DNA of 63,869 nt, filler included, from Octopus bimaculoides (GCF_001194135.2; 7 parts of 6 records of this genome joined end to end with filler, not necessarily neighbours in it), one strand, 5' to 3'; numbered from the whole stretch's first letter, positions 12,636 through 26,665 are shown. Numbers and translations: made by a program. Notes: generated by a model from the letters alone, not told the origin.

Positions 12636-12712
12636 ACTTTAGTCGGAAACATATCTAAATTATCTACGCTATACATAATGTATGTCCATATGAAAATAAT
12701 TGCACACATACA

Positions 12713-12772
<60 letters not shown>

Positions 12773-12849
12773 TGTCAATATGTATTTATATATAAATAAT
12801 ACAAAATGGGACAAGAACGCAAATATTCGTACATTTGTATACAGATATG

Positions 12850-13035
12850 CGTGTGTGTGCGTGCATATGTGTTGTCCCACATACCACTTGATAACCGGTG
12901 TTGGTTTATTTATGTAACCATAATTTAGCTGTTCAGCAAATGTTCCATTAGAATAATTAGCATATTTTTGACTAAACATTTCAAAGCGGTGTAACAGCAT
13001 GGCCGCACTTCAACGACTGAAACAAGTAAAATTTG
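12850..13035 (+). mobile_element. 3' tail of SINE family C (diverged)
   Basis: CTTGATAACCGGTGTTGGTTT...CAGCATGGCCGCA..ACTGAAACAAGTAAA matches the other family C tails. Confidence 0.65.
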
Positions 13036-13253
13036 AAAGTCACTATATAATATACCATATTTGCATGTACCTACCCAACTACCTACCTACCTACCTACCT
13101 ACCTACCTACCTACCTACCTACCTACCTACCTACCTACCAACCTACCTACTTCCTGCACACATACACACAAGTACACACACACATATTGATATGAATGTG
13201 TGCGAGGTGAATGTGTGTCTGTGTGTGTGTGTGTATGTGTGTATGCATACGTT

Positions 13254-13302
<49 letters not shown>

Positions 13303-13402
13303 NNNNNNNNNNNNNNNNNNNNNNNNNNNNNNNNNNNNNNNNNNNNTTAATTAATTAANNNNNNNNNNNNNNNNNNNNNNNNNNNNNNNNNNNNNNNNNN
13401 NN
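13303..13402. other. Assembly gap linker 44N-TTAATTAATTAA-44N (also with the 12-mer at 25844, 35902, 53975, 58037 and 61132)
   Basis: Identical 100 bp construct six times. The 12-mer is palindromic and has TAA in all six frames. Confidence 0.97.
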
Positions 13403-13777
13403 TAGGTAGGTAGGTAGGTAGGTAGGTAGGTAGGTAGGTAGGTAGGTAGGTAGGTAGGTAGATAGATGTATACATACATATAACAGACTCACTCTCCCCC
13501 CCCTACACACACATATATACACATGCACATATATTACATGTGTCTAATATTCTAGTTATGGTGTGATAAATTGCTGTTTATTGTACTTTAATAAGCGCAT
13601 AGTGCAGTTCGAGCCTGCACAGGTGCACGCAGGGCCAAAGTACAAATGCGCTCATAAACACAGGTTTACAGAGGCTCTAACACACGCTCATAAATACTCA
13701 CGAATGAACAGACATTTGGGCATCTCAGGCTAATAGACTTCAGTAAACCCATATCCTTTCACATACGTGCATACACA

Positions 13778-13858
<81 letters not shown>

Positions 13859-13914
13859 ATACACACATACACACACAAACACACACACACACACACATTA
13901 TGTACATAAACAGT

Positions 13915-14085
13915 CGCAGGCATGGCTGTGTGGTACGAAATTTGCTTCCCAACTACACGCTTCCAGGTTCAGTCCCGCTGCATGGCACCTTGGGTCTACT
14001 GTTATAGCCGCGGGCCGACTTAATCCTTGTGAGTTAATTTGGGAGACCGCAACTCAAAGAAGCCCATTATTTATTTGTCTTTCAG
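13915..14085 (+). mobile_element. tRNA-like head of SINE family C
   Basis: GCAGGCATGGCTGTGTGGTA..GGTTCAGTCCC..GGCACCTTGGG with A/B-box-like motifs; homologous to 35201-35360 (-), 50075-50228 (-) and 59425-59600 (+). Confidence 0.75.
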
Positions 14086-16242
14086 TTCAATTTTTGAATA
14101 TTATTATTTAATGTAAGGCCATGCACCCATCTTGTTTTTACTTATATTGGTACCTCATACAGCAGGTAATATTAGGTGCGACGTCTCTCTTTTTCTTCTT
14201 TTCTCTGTCCGTCTCCCTCTCCTTTCGTCTTTCACGCTTTTCATTTTGCCTTCCTATCTATCCCCTCTCATTTCCCTACCTCTGTTGCTGGTTCTGTCAA
14301 ACACTTTCATTTCACTATTATCTCCCTACTTCTCCCTGTTTCTGTGTACCCCTCAATCACTCTCTTTCTCTCTCTCTCTCTACTATCCCTTCTATAACCT
14401 TCTGCTTTTCTTTCTTTATATCTGCCCCCTTCTCCCTTTAATTTGCTTCCATCTCTACCTCGGGCTGTTTCTCTGCCCTTCACCACTTGTTTTCTCTCTC
14501 TCCCCTCTCCTCTCCTCTCCGATCATGTGACCACCTCATTTCTCCTTTCAACTGCTATTCTTCGCTTGACCGCTGACGTGTTCAGTCACGCTTCTCCTGG
14601 CTCTCGCTTTTCCCTTTACCTTCAACCCTGAATTCGTTTTTTTCCCCCTACCTTTCGTTCGATCCTTATTTCCATCTTTCCATCTTTCCACTTTTCTTTC
14701 CAGTCCTACAGAACATCATTTTCAATTGCGTTACTTTTACGTCTCGTCCTAATGTCTCTGAGCCGTACTACCTTTATTTTGTTTGCATATTTTTGTATCA
14801 GCTACTTGTGCCATGTTTCTTTTCGTCACCATCCTCTCCATTCCCAGCTGCTTTGAGCTGTTGACGTCAAAAAAATAAACAATGTTATTGTTAAAGGCGT
14901 CAATCTGTGATGATTTTTGGACAATAACCGACAAGGAAAGAGTATAGCCAGCATTGCTCGATGCCTTTCAACTTTTGAAAATCAGAGAATTATGAGGAAC
15001 CAATTAAGTCTTTAAGAATTTAAAAATAAAATATTTTAATCGAATCCCAGTGCATTTTCAACTNNNNNNNNNNNNNNNNNNNNNNNNNNNNNNNNNNNNN
15101 NNNNNNNNNNNNNNNNNNNNNNNNNNNNNNNNNNNNNNNNNNNNNNNNNNNNNNNNNNNNNNNNNNNNNNNNNNNNNNNNNNNNNNNNNNNNNNNNNNNN
15201 NNNNNNNNNNNNNNNNNNNNNNNNNNNNNNNNNNNNNNNNNNNNNNNNNNNNNNNNNNNNNNNNNNNNNNNNNNNNNNNNNNNNNNNNNNNNNNNNNNNN
15301 NNNNNNNNNNNNNNNNNNNNNNNNNNNNNNNNNNNNNNNNNNNNNNNNNNNNNNNNNNNNNNNNNNNNNNNNNNNNNNNNNNNNNNNNNNNNNNNNNNNN
15401 NNNNNNNNNNNNNNNNNNNNNNNNNNNNNNNNNNNNNNNNNNNNNNNNNNNNNNNNNNNNNNNNNNNNNNNNNNNNNNNNNNNNNNNNNNNNNNNNNNNN
15501 NNNNNNNNNNNNNNNNNNNNNNNNNNNNNNNNNNNNNNNNNNNNNNNNNNNNNNNNNNNNNNNNNNNNNNNNNNNNNNNNNNNNNNNNNNNNNNNNNNNN
15601 NNNNNNNNNNNNNNNNNNNNNNNNNNNNNNNNNNNNNNNNNNNNNNNNNNNNNNNNNNNNNNNNNNNNNNNNNNNNNNNNNNNNNNNNNNNNNNNNNNNN
15701 NNNNNNNNNNNNNNNNNNNNNNNNNNNNNNNNNNNNNNNNNNNNNNNNNNNNNNNNNNNNNNNNNNNNNNNNNNNNNNNNNNNNNNNNNNNNNNNNNNNN
15801 NNNNNNNNNNNNNNNNNNNNNNNNNNNNNNNNNNNNNNNNNNNNNNNNNNNNNNNNNNNNNNNNNNNNNNNNTATATATATATATATATTCAAGGCTTGA
15901 ATATGGTACTTATGCGAAGGCACCCGAATATCACATCCCAAAAGGATGGGTGATTAAAATCAAATAATAAGCAACACGGATTTCAAAAGTGATTGCAGTA
16001 CGCACGTTTCATGCTACTTCAATTTATTTAATAATGTGAGCATTACCTTAAATGCAATATGAAGAGCAATCTTCAGCTGCACGAAAAAATGTAGAAAAAA
16101 GACATATTACAAATGTGGCAACATATTAAAACCAAGTGGGAGAGAGCAGAGGAAGAATATATAAGTCCATCTTGACATAGCAGGGTCTATCAGGCTATCT
16201 ATATATATGATAATAATAATAATAATGATAATAATAATGATG

Positions 16243-16315
<73 letters not shown>

Positions 16316-17223
16316 GTTTCCTTTGACTTACTAAATAAATTTAATAAACAAAATAATTATTATAGTTTTTTATTATAGTATTGTAGAGTTTGGATATACA
16401 CTATGTATGATCCCTCATTTTGTAAATAATAATATTGATCAGTTGATCGAGAACGGACCTTATTACTTGTATGGTTTATATTAATGATTTCTATCGATTT
16501 ACTAAATTCTCTCTTCCATGATATACGAATAACAATCATCATTTAAATATCTTCAAATCTGTTTACCCCTCAAAAATGAGTAAATTTGATTTCCATTGCT
16601 ATAGCCTTAATATATTATCTATGGGGTACTTTTGGTTATCGCATTTAGAACCTTAAGCCTATATTAATGTTTATTACAGAATTCACCCTACGATAAATTG
16701 AGTAAAGAAGGAAAATTTTTATTAGGTTTCTTTTCATATCTACTACGGAATTATCCCTCCGAGAAATCAATAAATATAGAAGATTATTATTATTTAATTA
16801 AAACAATTTTTTTTAATATAAATTAATCTAAATAAATAGAAAAGTTGTTGTATTGGAGATGTCATTGTTTAAATAATTTTTGCCGCAGTTATACATAGGA
16901 GAAGACTGAGATACTTAATTATATACATATATATATACACACACATCGTATTGTTGTATGTTGTGGTGACAAGGGACTATCTTGGACATGAAAGGGTTTC
17001 GATTAGTATATATTTGAGATGTAATGAAGTGAATTTCGATGGTTGTGGATTGCACTTACTTGGTTGTATCGTCCGTTAGAGTGTTTTTGTTGTTTTTTTT
17101 TTAATTGTAATTGATGTATGATTGAATAGTTAACGCTCACGCTCGTAATACATAGACATTTGAATTAATTTTTACAATCCAACCGTCCTTTCACACCGAA
17201 TTTCGTCTATCTTTAAGCTATAA

Positions 17224-17304
17224 CCCTGAAGTGACTTATATATAAGGAAACTGTTATAATGTGTGCATATCAAAAAATGTATATAAGTCGAAACAATTTG
17301 TTGG
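17224..17304 (+). ncRNA. Type I hammerhead ribozyme-like motif (probable Penelope-like relic)
   Basis: CC-CTGAAGT-GACTTATATA-(loop)-TATATAAGTC-GAAA-C-AATTT-GTT-GG: perfect 10 bp stem II, NUH triplet GTT, 2 bp stem I; core A9 is replaced by T. Confidence 0.5.
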
Positions 17305-17672
17305 CCTTTTATGTTTTTTTAAATAAATGTTTATGTTATATAATATCATGTTATATTACATTCATTGTATATCATGTAATATTATAACATAAATAAATTA
17401 TTGGATAGTCAATAGTATCTCTCTATTCAATTTATCTTTGTAATTTCATTATACCAATATTTATAATGAATTCCACTGACGTACCAGTGAATTGGATGTT
17501 TAATACACCCCTCTGAAGTACCTCTTTTCCTTAGTTAGTTACTTTGTGTATGTATATATATATATATNNNNNNNNNNNNNNNNNNNNNNNNNNNNNNNNN
17601 NNNNNNNNNNNNNNNNNNNNNNNNNNNNNNNNNNNNNNNNNNNNNNNNNNNATATATACATATATATAGATA

Positions 17673-17704
<32 letters not shown>

Positions 17705-18129
17705 TGCATACAAGCATGCATGCATTATATATACATACAATTCGCTACCACATGTTGTAAATGAATCTATTACCATAGTTACAAAGTTTTAACGTCTTCT
17801 CCTCAGCACGTGCTAAGGAACACATTGTTTTATAGTCTTGAGGGATTATGAAGAATTCCTCAAGTCAATGAGGAACCCTACCAAACTATATATCATCAAC
17901 AGTTACATTTACAATGAACATCTGACTCTGTGTCACGAAGGTATCTATTGGCCTCGGAACCTAACAGAGACAGTTATGTTCCTTTTTCTGAAATACTCTA
18001 GAACCAGCTTATGTGTAGTTATGCCACATCAATTTGGAGTTGTACTCTCACCGACACCTTTTTGTTTTAAACATGATACATATAGTGTCATATGCCTTCC
18101 TTTTGCCGGTAAAGTAAAATAAATGAATG

Positions 18130-19104
18130 AGCTGTTTCTAGGACTTTCTTCTTTGAAACAAGGAAAGCTTCCGTTGGCTTGGCATAGCATACAAAGGTTT
18201 AAAAAAGAAAAAAGAAAAACGTGGAAAGGAGGATGACAGAGATGTGGCCTTCCTGATACCGGGAGGCCTCTATGGATAATAGAGAAACCCCACTGTCCGA
18301 GATTTCCTTGAAACCCCAAGAGCAAGTACCCTCTCCAATTCCTTCTCTCTGACTCACAGCTCTACACTTAGAGAGGTACCATCCACTATTACCAGTTTCC
18401 TAACTTTCACCCAACTTTCAATAGACCCACTCGAAGACAGCACTTCCCTTTCCACTCTCAATTTCCTTTTCAAGTGAAACTGGAAGAAGTCAATGAGAGC
18501 TCTACTAAAGAGGAATGTATCTGTCCTCATGCCTTCAGCCTTGTCCACCCAACAACCACTTTCGCCACAGCCACCAGGCAAAGGAAAACTACCTTGCCTG
18601 TTCGATTGAAAGAGGGCGGTGGTGCGATCATCATCACAGACTCGGCCGGCAGATGTATCCGTCCCGTACGTGACAGCAGCTGTTCGACATAACCCCACAA
18701 GTCGGCAATGTTCGGACACTGAACGAGGGTGTACACAACGGGTTCGTCACTCTGCGCGCACCTCGGACAAGCCTGCCTGACAGCACATCCATGTCTGTAG
18801 AGTTTATCTCGAACCGGTAGCGCCCTTTAGGCCAAGAACATCTGAAAACTATCCAAGATAGCTCCCGACCGGAAAGTTCTGTCAGACCAAGGACGTCTGG
18901 AAATTATCCATGATAGTTCCCGACCGGAAAGTCCTCTGGAACAAACTAGCCAGTTCGTTCTCGTCGGTACCCAGAATCTCCCCGAGATTCTCCGCATCTA
19001 ATCCTCTGTAAATTTCTAAAGCGGAACATCCACCGATCCCATTGCCACTCTGGTAGGGAGCTATGAGCGCCTGACGACATTCTAGGTGCCAGGCGCCCAG
19101 TCTC

Positions 19105-19105
<1 letters not shown>
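18130..19105 (-). mobile_element. 5'-truncated L1/Tx1-clade LINE 3' end (zf-RVT-like region and 3' UTR)
   Basis: Minus-strand ALPVRDKLYRHGCAVRQACPRCAQSDEPVVYTLVQCPNIADLWGYVEQLL resembles the LPV..L...CPRC...ETxxHxLxxCP...W CCHC domain. Internal ~55 bp duplication at about 18845-18950. Confidence 0.75.
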
Positions 19106-19164
<59 letters not shown>

Positions 19165-19639
19165 AAGAAGAAGAAGAAGAAGAAGAAGAAGAAGAAGAAG
19201 AAGANNNNNNNNNNNNNNNNNNNNNNNNNNNNNNNNNNNNNNNNNNNNNNNNNNNNNNNNNNNNNNNNNNNNNNNNNNNNNNNNNNNNNNNNNNNNNNNN
19301 NNNNNNNNNNNNNNNNNNNNNNNNNNNNNNNNNNNNNNNNNNNNNNNNNNNNNNNNNNNNNNNNNNNNNNNNNNNNNNNNNNNNNNNNNNNNNNNNNNNN
19401 NNNNNNNNNNNNNNNNNNNNNNNNNNNNNNNNNNNNNNNNNNNNNNNNNNNNNNNNNNAGGAGGAGGAGGAGGTGAAGAAGAAAAAGAAGAACAACAACA
19501 ACAACAACAACAACGACCACGACGACCACGACGACGTCAACGATGATGATGATGATGATGATCACTCCTGTTGATTTCGACGTATGAAGAATGTTTCAAA
19601 GACACGATTAAAAAAAAATATAAAAGAATATAAGATAAA

Positions 19640-19985
19640 TATTGCATCTATTTGAGATAGATGAGGGAATGTAATTTGAATCGAAGTATGGATTTTGCTA
19701 TGAAGTTACAATGGGAACAATGATGAATTTGATTTTGCACTTCTTTAGACATAACTATCAAGCAAAGGAAAAATACCCACCGTCCTTTGTGAAAAGTAGG
19801 TGGTGTGGCAGCTTTAACCATAGACACTGCACATAGTCGGATTTGTCCTACACACGACAGCAGTTGTTCGCCAAAAGCCGACAGGTCATGCATATACAGA
19901 CAGTAAATCGAAGCGTGCAAGACATTCAGCTGTTGTCACCTCCGTGCTTTTGAAGCTTCTTTCGAACAGATAATGCTCTCTCTGA
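19640..19985 (-). mobile_element. Second, more diverged L1/Tx1 3' fragment
   Basis: DLSAFGEQLLSCVGQIRLCAVSMVKAATPPTFHKGRWVFFLCLIVMSKE is homologous to DLWGYVEQLLSRTGRIHLPAESVMMIAPPPSFNRTGKVVFLCLVAVAKV of the copy at 18130-19105. Confidence 0.7.
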
Positions 19986-20129
19986 AGCAAGTAACGCCAA
20001 GGGCTTTTGAAGGTTGTCTATAGTCCCAGATTTAAAATCCTTCTCATACCAATATTTCTAACACTCCTACTCCTATACCATTAACATTCACCATCCCCAT
20101 TATAATTATTACAGCCATCCTCTCTTTCT

Positions 20130-20915
20130 TCGTTCTCTTCCTTCTCTTCTAATAATCATCATCATCATCATCGTCATTGTCAGCATCATCATCATCATCG
20201 TTGTCATCGTCGTCATCATCAGTAGCAGCATCTGCAGCACTATTATGTTTATATTTTATCTTATTAAACCACCTCCACCTACCAATAATCCGGTGGCTAT
20301 GTAGAGCCATCCTACTTCACCGCCGCATCCTTGGCTACAATAACCACCATCGGCACCACCACCACCACCACCACTCCACTACATCACCTCTCCATACACC
20401 CTCTGTCCAAGCCATATAACCACCACTGCCACCATCACCATCAAAAACAGCAACACCATCACAGCTGCCACAAACTACCACTGCCCCCAGCATCGTAGCC
20501 TACACTCCTTCTTAATGCCTCTTACTGCAACTAATACCTGTACCGTTACCACCAGATTCTTGATGAAACTACAACCACCACATCCACAATATCACCACCA
20601 CCACTACCATCACAGCACTTCCGTTACCACCATCTTAGTTCGGCTTCCAACAATACTACCACTACCAGCACCATTTGCAATAATAATGATAATAATAATC
20701 CTTTCTACTATAGACACAAGGCTTGAAATTGTGGATGAGGGGTCTAGTCGATTACATCGACCCCAGTACTCAACTAGTACTTATTTTATCGACCCTCGAA
20801 AGGATGAAAGGTAAAGTCGACCTCGGTGGGGTTTGAACTCAGAACGTAAGGATGGACGAAATGCCGCTAAGCATTTTCTCCAGCGTGCTAACAATTCTGC
20901 CAGTTTGCCGCCTTA

Positions 20916-20984
<69 letters not shown>

Positions 20985-22380
20985 GAGGAGGAGGAGGAGG
21001 AAGAGAAGCAGCAGCAGCAGCAGCATGGAAATGATGCTTTCAAATCTTGGCACAAGGCCAGCAATTTCGAAGGAGTTGGTATTTATTTCATCGACCCCGA
21101 AAGGATGAAAGGCAAATTCGACCCCGACGACATTTGAACTCAGAACGTAAAGACGCGCGAATTGCCGCTAAGCAATTTTGTCCGGCTTGCTAAAGATTTT
21201 GCCAGCTCGCTGACTCACTACAACAGCAACTACTACTACTATTACTACTGCTGTTGCTGCTACTACTACTACTGCTACTACCACTACTGCTACTACTACC
21301 AACACCACTACTACTTCTACTACCAACACCATCAACACCACCACCACCACTGCCACTAATACTTCTACTACTACTATTACTACTACTACAACCACCACCA
21401 CCATCACTGCCACTACTACTACCACCACCACCACTATTACTGCTACTACTACCAACACCACTACTACTTCTACAACCACCACCACCAACACTGCCACTAC
21501 TACTACTACTACTACCACCACCACCACCACCACCACAACTACTACTACTACTACTACCAACAACAACAACAGCATCAATATCACCACCACCAACAACAAC
21601 GCCACTATTACCACTNNNNNNNNNNACTACTACTACTACTACTACCAACAACAACAACAGCATCAATATCACCACCACCAACAACAACGCCACTATTACC
21701 ACTAGCAGCAACATCCATATCGGCATCAACGCTATCATCACTACCATCAACACCACCGCCAACAACAGCAACACCAATTACATCAACATCCACACACCAA
21801 CAGCAATAACCACCATCACTGACACAGCCAACCAAACATTACAACGACCCCCAACACCACCACCAACAATAACGTCGCTACCACCACCACTCACATCAGC
21901 GCCCACACCGACATCACTACCAGCATCCACCAGCGCCACCATCAGCACCACCATCGCCAACACCTTCACTACTATTATCACCACCACTACCAATAACAAC
22001 AAGTCCATTGCCAACACTAATAACAGCAACACTGGTACCAACAGCAACAACAACATCAACAACATCATTGTCACCGCTGCAACTACCAGCCCCATCTTCA
22101 CCTTACCACCAACGATCACCGCTTAATAGTTTTTTCGTTATTCCGTCTAATCCTACCCCGCCGCCATCAGTTTTATCGTATTCTGGCCATAGCGACATGT
22201 TCTGTGTAGACACTTTGTCAACTGCTACTGTGACAACAACAACACTTCCACTCTCGCTTACTGTTCGGTTATTGCATACCTCCACTCCCCCATCATCCCT
22301 TCTTCTCTCACTCTCACATTCTCAGTATTAACACTAACACCACCACCACCACAACAACAACAACATTCATCTTACCTCAA
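20130..22380. repeat. Compound trinucleotide low-complexity tract (CAT/CCA/CTA/CAA/AAT) containing two minus-strand SINE A copies (about 20699-20914 and 21039-21210)
   Basis: Direct reading. The poly-Thr/Pro/Leu/Val ORFs here are repeat translations. Confidence 0.9.
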
Positions 22381-23766
22381 CTATGTCCACGCTCACTGTA
22401 CAACCTCAACATACCCACCACGTCCACACAGATCGAACGCCGCTGTGACCTTTTAATCACTAACCGAAAAGCGATGCCAATACCAATCAACCACGCAACA
22501 ACGTATCAACAAGGGACCCCTGAGCCTGCTAGAAGGAAGAGCCAAATCTCCTCTCCCTCAAATCATACCCCATATATCACTAAAGAAGGATGGACATGTT
22601 CGATAATATAGGGCTGCATGCACTACAACTAAAAAGAAAATGGATGGGATCGTCACGGCTGGAATGGTATTGATCGTCACTCTGTTTCTTTAAGGTTAAC
22701 TTGGAAAAAGTCAGCAACAATATCTACTACTACTACTACAACTATTACTACTACTGCTGCTGCTAACAAAAGCAGAAGGTCACACATTTAAATGGCCAGA
22801 AAGAGCCGATTGTTTTGACCTCAATCATTGATTGATATTTAGATTATCGATCCTGGAAATACTGCGAGCTAGGACAATCGTTTGGGCGTTGGAAAAAAAA
22901 AATACGAAATGGCATTTTTGTTTCTGTCTCTTTACATTCTGTGTTCAAATTCCGCAGAGGTCATCTTTACCTTTCATCCTTTCGGATAAATGTGTCGGTA
23001 GAAACAAAGTGCTAGTCAAGTACTGGTGTCTATATAATCGACTTGCCCCTCCCCTCAAGATTACTGTTCCTGTGCCAAAATTAAAAACAAATCCTGGAAG
23101 ATTGAAAGACAAGGTATGTTTATTGTGGGAAAATCCCGTAATAATAATTGTTTCTAATTTAGGCAGAAGGTAAGCAACATTTTAGGGATGGGAGGTAAAT
23201 CGGTTGCATCATTTCTGTTACTCGACTCGGTCTTTGTTTTTTCGACACAGGGTGGGGGGTGGGGAAGATATGTGAAGTTAACCTTAGTGAGATTTGAACC
23301 GAGAACATAATGAGTCGGAAGAAATAATACAGGGCATTTTATTCCCAGCATCCTGGCGGTTCTACATGTTCACCCTCTTATTTATAATAATAATAATGGT
23401 TTCAAATTTTTCCACAGGAGCATACATTTTGGGGGAGGGGATATGTCGATTACATCGAACTCCAGTGTTCAGCTGGTATTTAATTTATCGACGCTGAAGA
23501 ATGAAAGGCTAACTCGCCGGTATTAAGCGTTTAGATCCTTATTCTTAGTCCCACAACATGTATAATTTTATTTAATTAAAGCTTCTTGGTTCACTACATT
23601 GAATACGTCAGTATTACTCTCACCGCTGGTTTTCATACACAGTGAATCCCGGAATATTTTCTTAGTCCTTCTATACAGCTGAATATTTTCTTGGTCCTTC
23701 CATACAGCTAAGCGCATTATTCTAATAAAAAGGATTTTATATTATAAGTAGATAATATATTGGTGT

Positions 23767-24143
23767 GGCGCAATGGCCTATTGGTTAGAGCAGCGGACTC
23801 GCGGTCATAGGATCGTGGTTTCAATTCCCAGACCGGGCGTTGTGAGTGTTTATTGAGCGAAAACACCTAAAGCTCCACGAGGCTCCGGCAAGGGATGGCG
23901 GCGAACCCTACTGTACTCTTCCACCACAACTTTCTCTCACTCTTACTTCCTGTTTCTGTTGTGCCTGTAATTCAAAGGGTCAGCCTTGTCACACTGTGTC
24001 ACGCTGAATCTCCCCGAGACCTACGTTAAGGGTACACGTGTCTGTGGAGTGCTCAGCCACTTGCACGTTAATTTCACGAGCAGGGTGTTCCGTTGATCGG
24101 ATCAACTGGAACCCTCGACGTCGTAAGCGACGAAATGCCAACA
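23767..24143 (+). mobile_element. Full-length tRNA-derived SINE family B (377 bp) with 13 bp target-site duplication
   Basis: Head GGCGCAATGGCCTATTGGTTAGAGCAGCGGACTCGCGGTCATAGGATCGTGGTTTCAATTCCC has A/B-box-like motifs. AATATATTGGTGT is repeated at 23754-23766 and 24144-24156. Confidence 0.9.
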
Positions 24144-26632
24144 AATATATTGGTGTACAACCGCTAAAAATTGGTCTACAGTCATGTGACATAATGTTTC
24201 TGGCCAGCTGACTTTATGACCATTTATTAATTGTAAGTTGGAACCTTTCTTATTTTACTTTGGTTCTAATATAATTGAATTATAAAGGATTTGCCAGAGA
24301 CTCCAAACATCGAGTTACATTTTACATTTTACCTATAAAGTTTAGTTTTCTTTCTAAAAGTAACATACAAATGAAAACGGTATCATTGTAGCTGTTAATC
24401 ATACATGTTGTCAGCAAATGAATAATAATAAGCTAGTCAGGAAAAAAATACTGTTTATCTAAATTGAGCCCAGTTCCTATTAGCAAAGGAAAACTGCGAT
24501 AGTTTAAAGCATAGCACTTTTTAATGTCTAAAGAAGGATAATAAAATAAAAAATAAAACGAATTAAATGGCGGTTGAAAGGGGTAATCAACTACCTAATT
24601 TTTAGATTGTTTATGGGTGGGATAGTTTAGATTAAAAAAAAAAAGAAAGACAGAGAAAAAATTTACAAGACTAAATGTTGCCAAGTTCGCTGTCCGTCAT
24701 CAGTAAAATGAGATCCATAAATCTCATAAAAGCTGCTCTATCAGCGCAGCATTGTAATTTGGAAATTAAAGGAGATAAGTGGTGGAGGGGGTAGAATAAA
24801 AAAAAAGTAGAAATAAAACATTGAGAAGGTCAATAAAGAGTTGAAACTCGTCGATTTGTGAAATTGCATGAAAAACTATCCAAAAACTGTAATAATGCAA
24901 GCAGCTCCCTCTGTCTATTGTGCATGCTGCATCTAGCTATTGCACAATTGATATTTCCATCTCATCCTATGAGAAGGTTTATTTTATTTCCATTGTTGTT
25001 TTCTTGTATTTAATCCTCCCATCCCTATGCTAGACTCCCAACAAATACCTTTACAAATGACATTGAAAGAGAAAAAGAAGGGGAGGACAGTGATAGAGAC
25101 GGATAAAGTTTAAGATTGTTAGAGAGAGAGAGAGAGAGAGAGAGAAAGGGAGAGAGAGAGAGAAAAAGGGAGAGAGAGAGAGAGAGAAAGAGGGAGAGAG
25201 AGAGAGAGAAAGAGGGAGAGAGAGAGAAAGAGTTTAATTGGGTAGGGAGAAGTAAATGAAACGAAAATAAAGTAAGGAAATAAAAGAGAAAAAAGTTCTT
25301 TCGCTGATTAAACAATTTCAGCCTTTCACCCAGTTCACGCTCAGCCCAACGCTGCAACCACCCGTTCAAAGCACCTTTTGTACTTACAGGGATTTTATCA
25401 CTACCCATCACTCGGGTGCACTTGAGGGCGGCATTAAATACGCACATGCTGGCACACACACACACAAATAAACACGCATAAACACACACGTATACATATA
25501 CATACACGTACACCTTTAATCAATTTTAAGAACGTGGTGTCAAGATGGGTGGATGTTGTATTTTTCTAACTGGCATTTTAGCTCTATATTTTATAGCCCT
25601 CGGTTTATCTATTCCCGCTGGGCTGTTATTATGATAACAACAATAATAACAAAAAACAAACAAACAAGAAAAAAAAAAGAGTAGTAGAAGAAACTACAAG
25701 AAACACAACAAATATGGTTGCCTTTATTATTTTTTTTTTAACGTTCCAATCAATTATTTATTTATTATTCCTGTATATATTTATTTAATTATATTTTTCN
25801 NNNNNNNNNNNNNNNNNNNNNNNNNNNNNNNNNNNNNNNNNNNTTAATTAATTAANNNNNNNNNNNNNNNNNNNNNNNNNNNNNNNNNNNNNNNNNNNNG
25901 TGTGCGCGCGTGTGTGCGTGTGTGCGTGCGTGTGCGTGCGTGTGCGCGCCAAGAAGTTTTGACCTTTTTGAATGCTGAGTAATTCTTGTCATACTTTTAT
26001 TTACTGCCAGAATTCAGCAAATAACCGATGTTTTTGTAATACAATATTGTTGTTTAACACCAGGTTAACCGTATCAACCTGAGATGTATGTATGATCAAA
26101 GCCATTCAAGGTGTGGGCATCCTGTCGTTTTCGGATTATTTAGTACTATATTATCAAATGTGTCCTTTTTGTAGAAGATTCGGAAACTATTTTTAACAGA
26201 TGGAGTGACCTCATAGGGGTGGTCTAAGTATGGACGAGCTAGCGCTCAATGAACTATGACCAAGAGTATACTGTGACTCCCACTCCGTGGCTTTTGGCTC
26301 AAGATCTATTTACGTATTTCCGGTTACTTTTGTGTCTATGTCGTTAATTTTTCGTAGGAACTCAAGGACATCACGACTTCGCATTGATCTCCATCCCGCC
26401 AATATCTAAAAAAGAAAACACAAAAAAACAAAACAAAAAACAAAACACAATATCAAACCTTCTGAATTGCTTCAGAAGGAATGATTGCAGTTGAAAGAGT
26501 GTTTGTGGTGGCTAGAAGACGTTATTGTCAGGCATGTGTTATTCTCAGGAGCGTAAGTAAACCAACATTGGTTGTCAAGCGAAATAATGAGGACAAACAT
26601 AAGCACAAAGACACACACACGTAAATATATAT

Positions 26633-26665
<33 letters not shown>

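Noticed and set aside
13347-13358. Recurrent palindrome TTAATTAATTAA (six occurrences)
   Set aside because: Always centred in a 44N+12+44N block; an artificial six-frame-stop scaffold linker.
21168-22126. Long ORFs up to 290 aa (Pro/Leu/Thr/Asn-rich, mucin- or extensin-like)
   Set aside because: Translations of compound trinucleotide repeats, open in several frames on both strands, with no domain or splice support.
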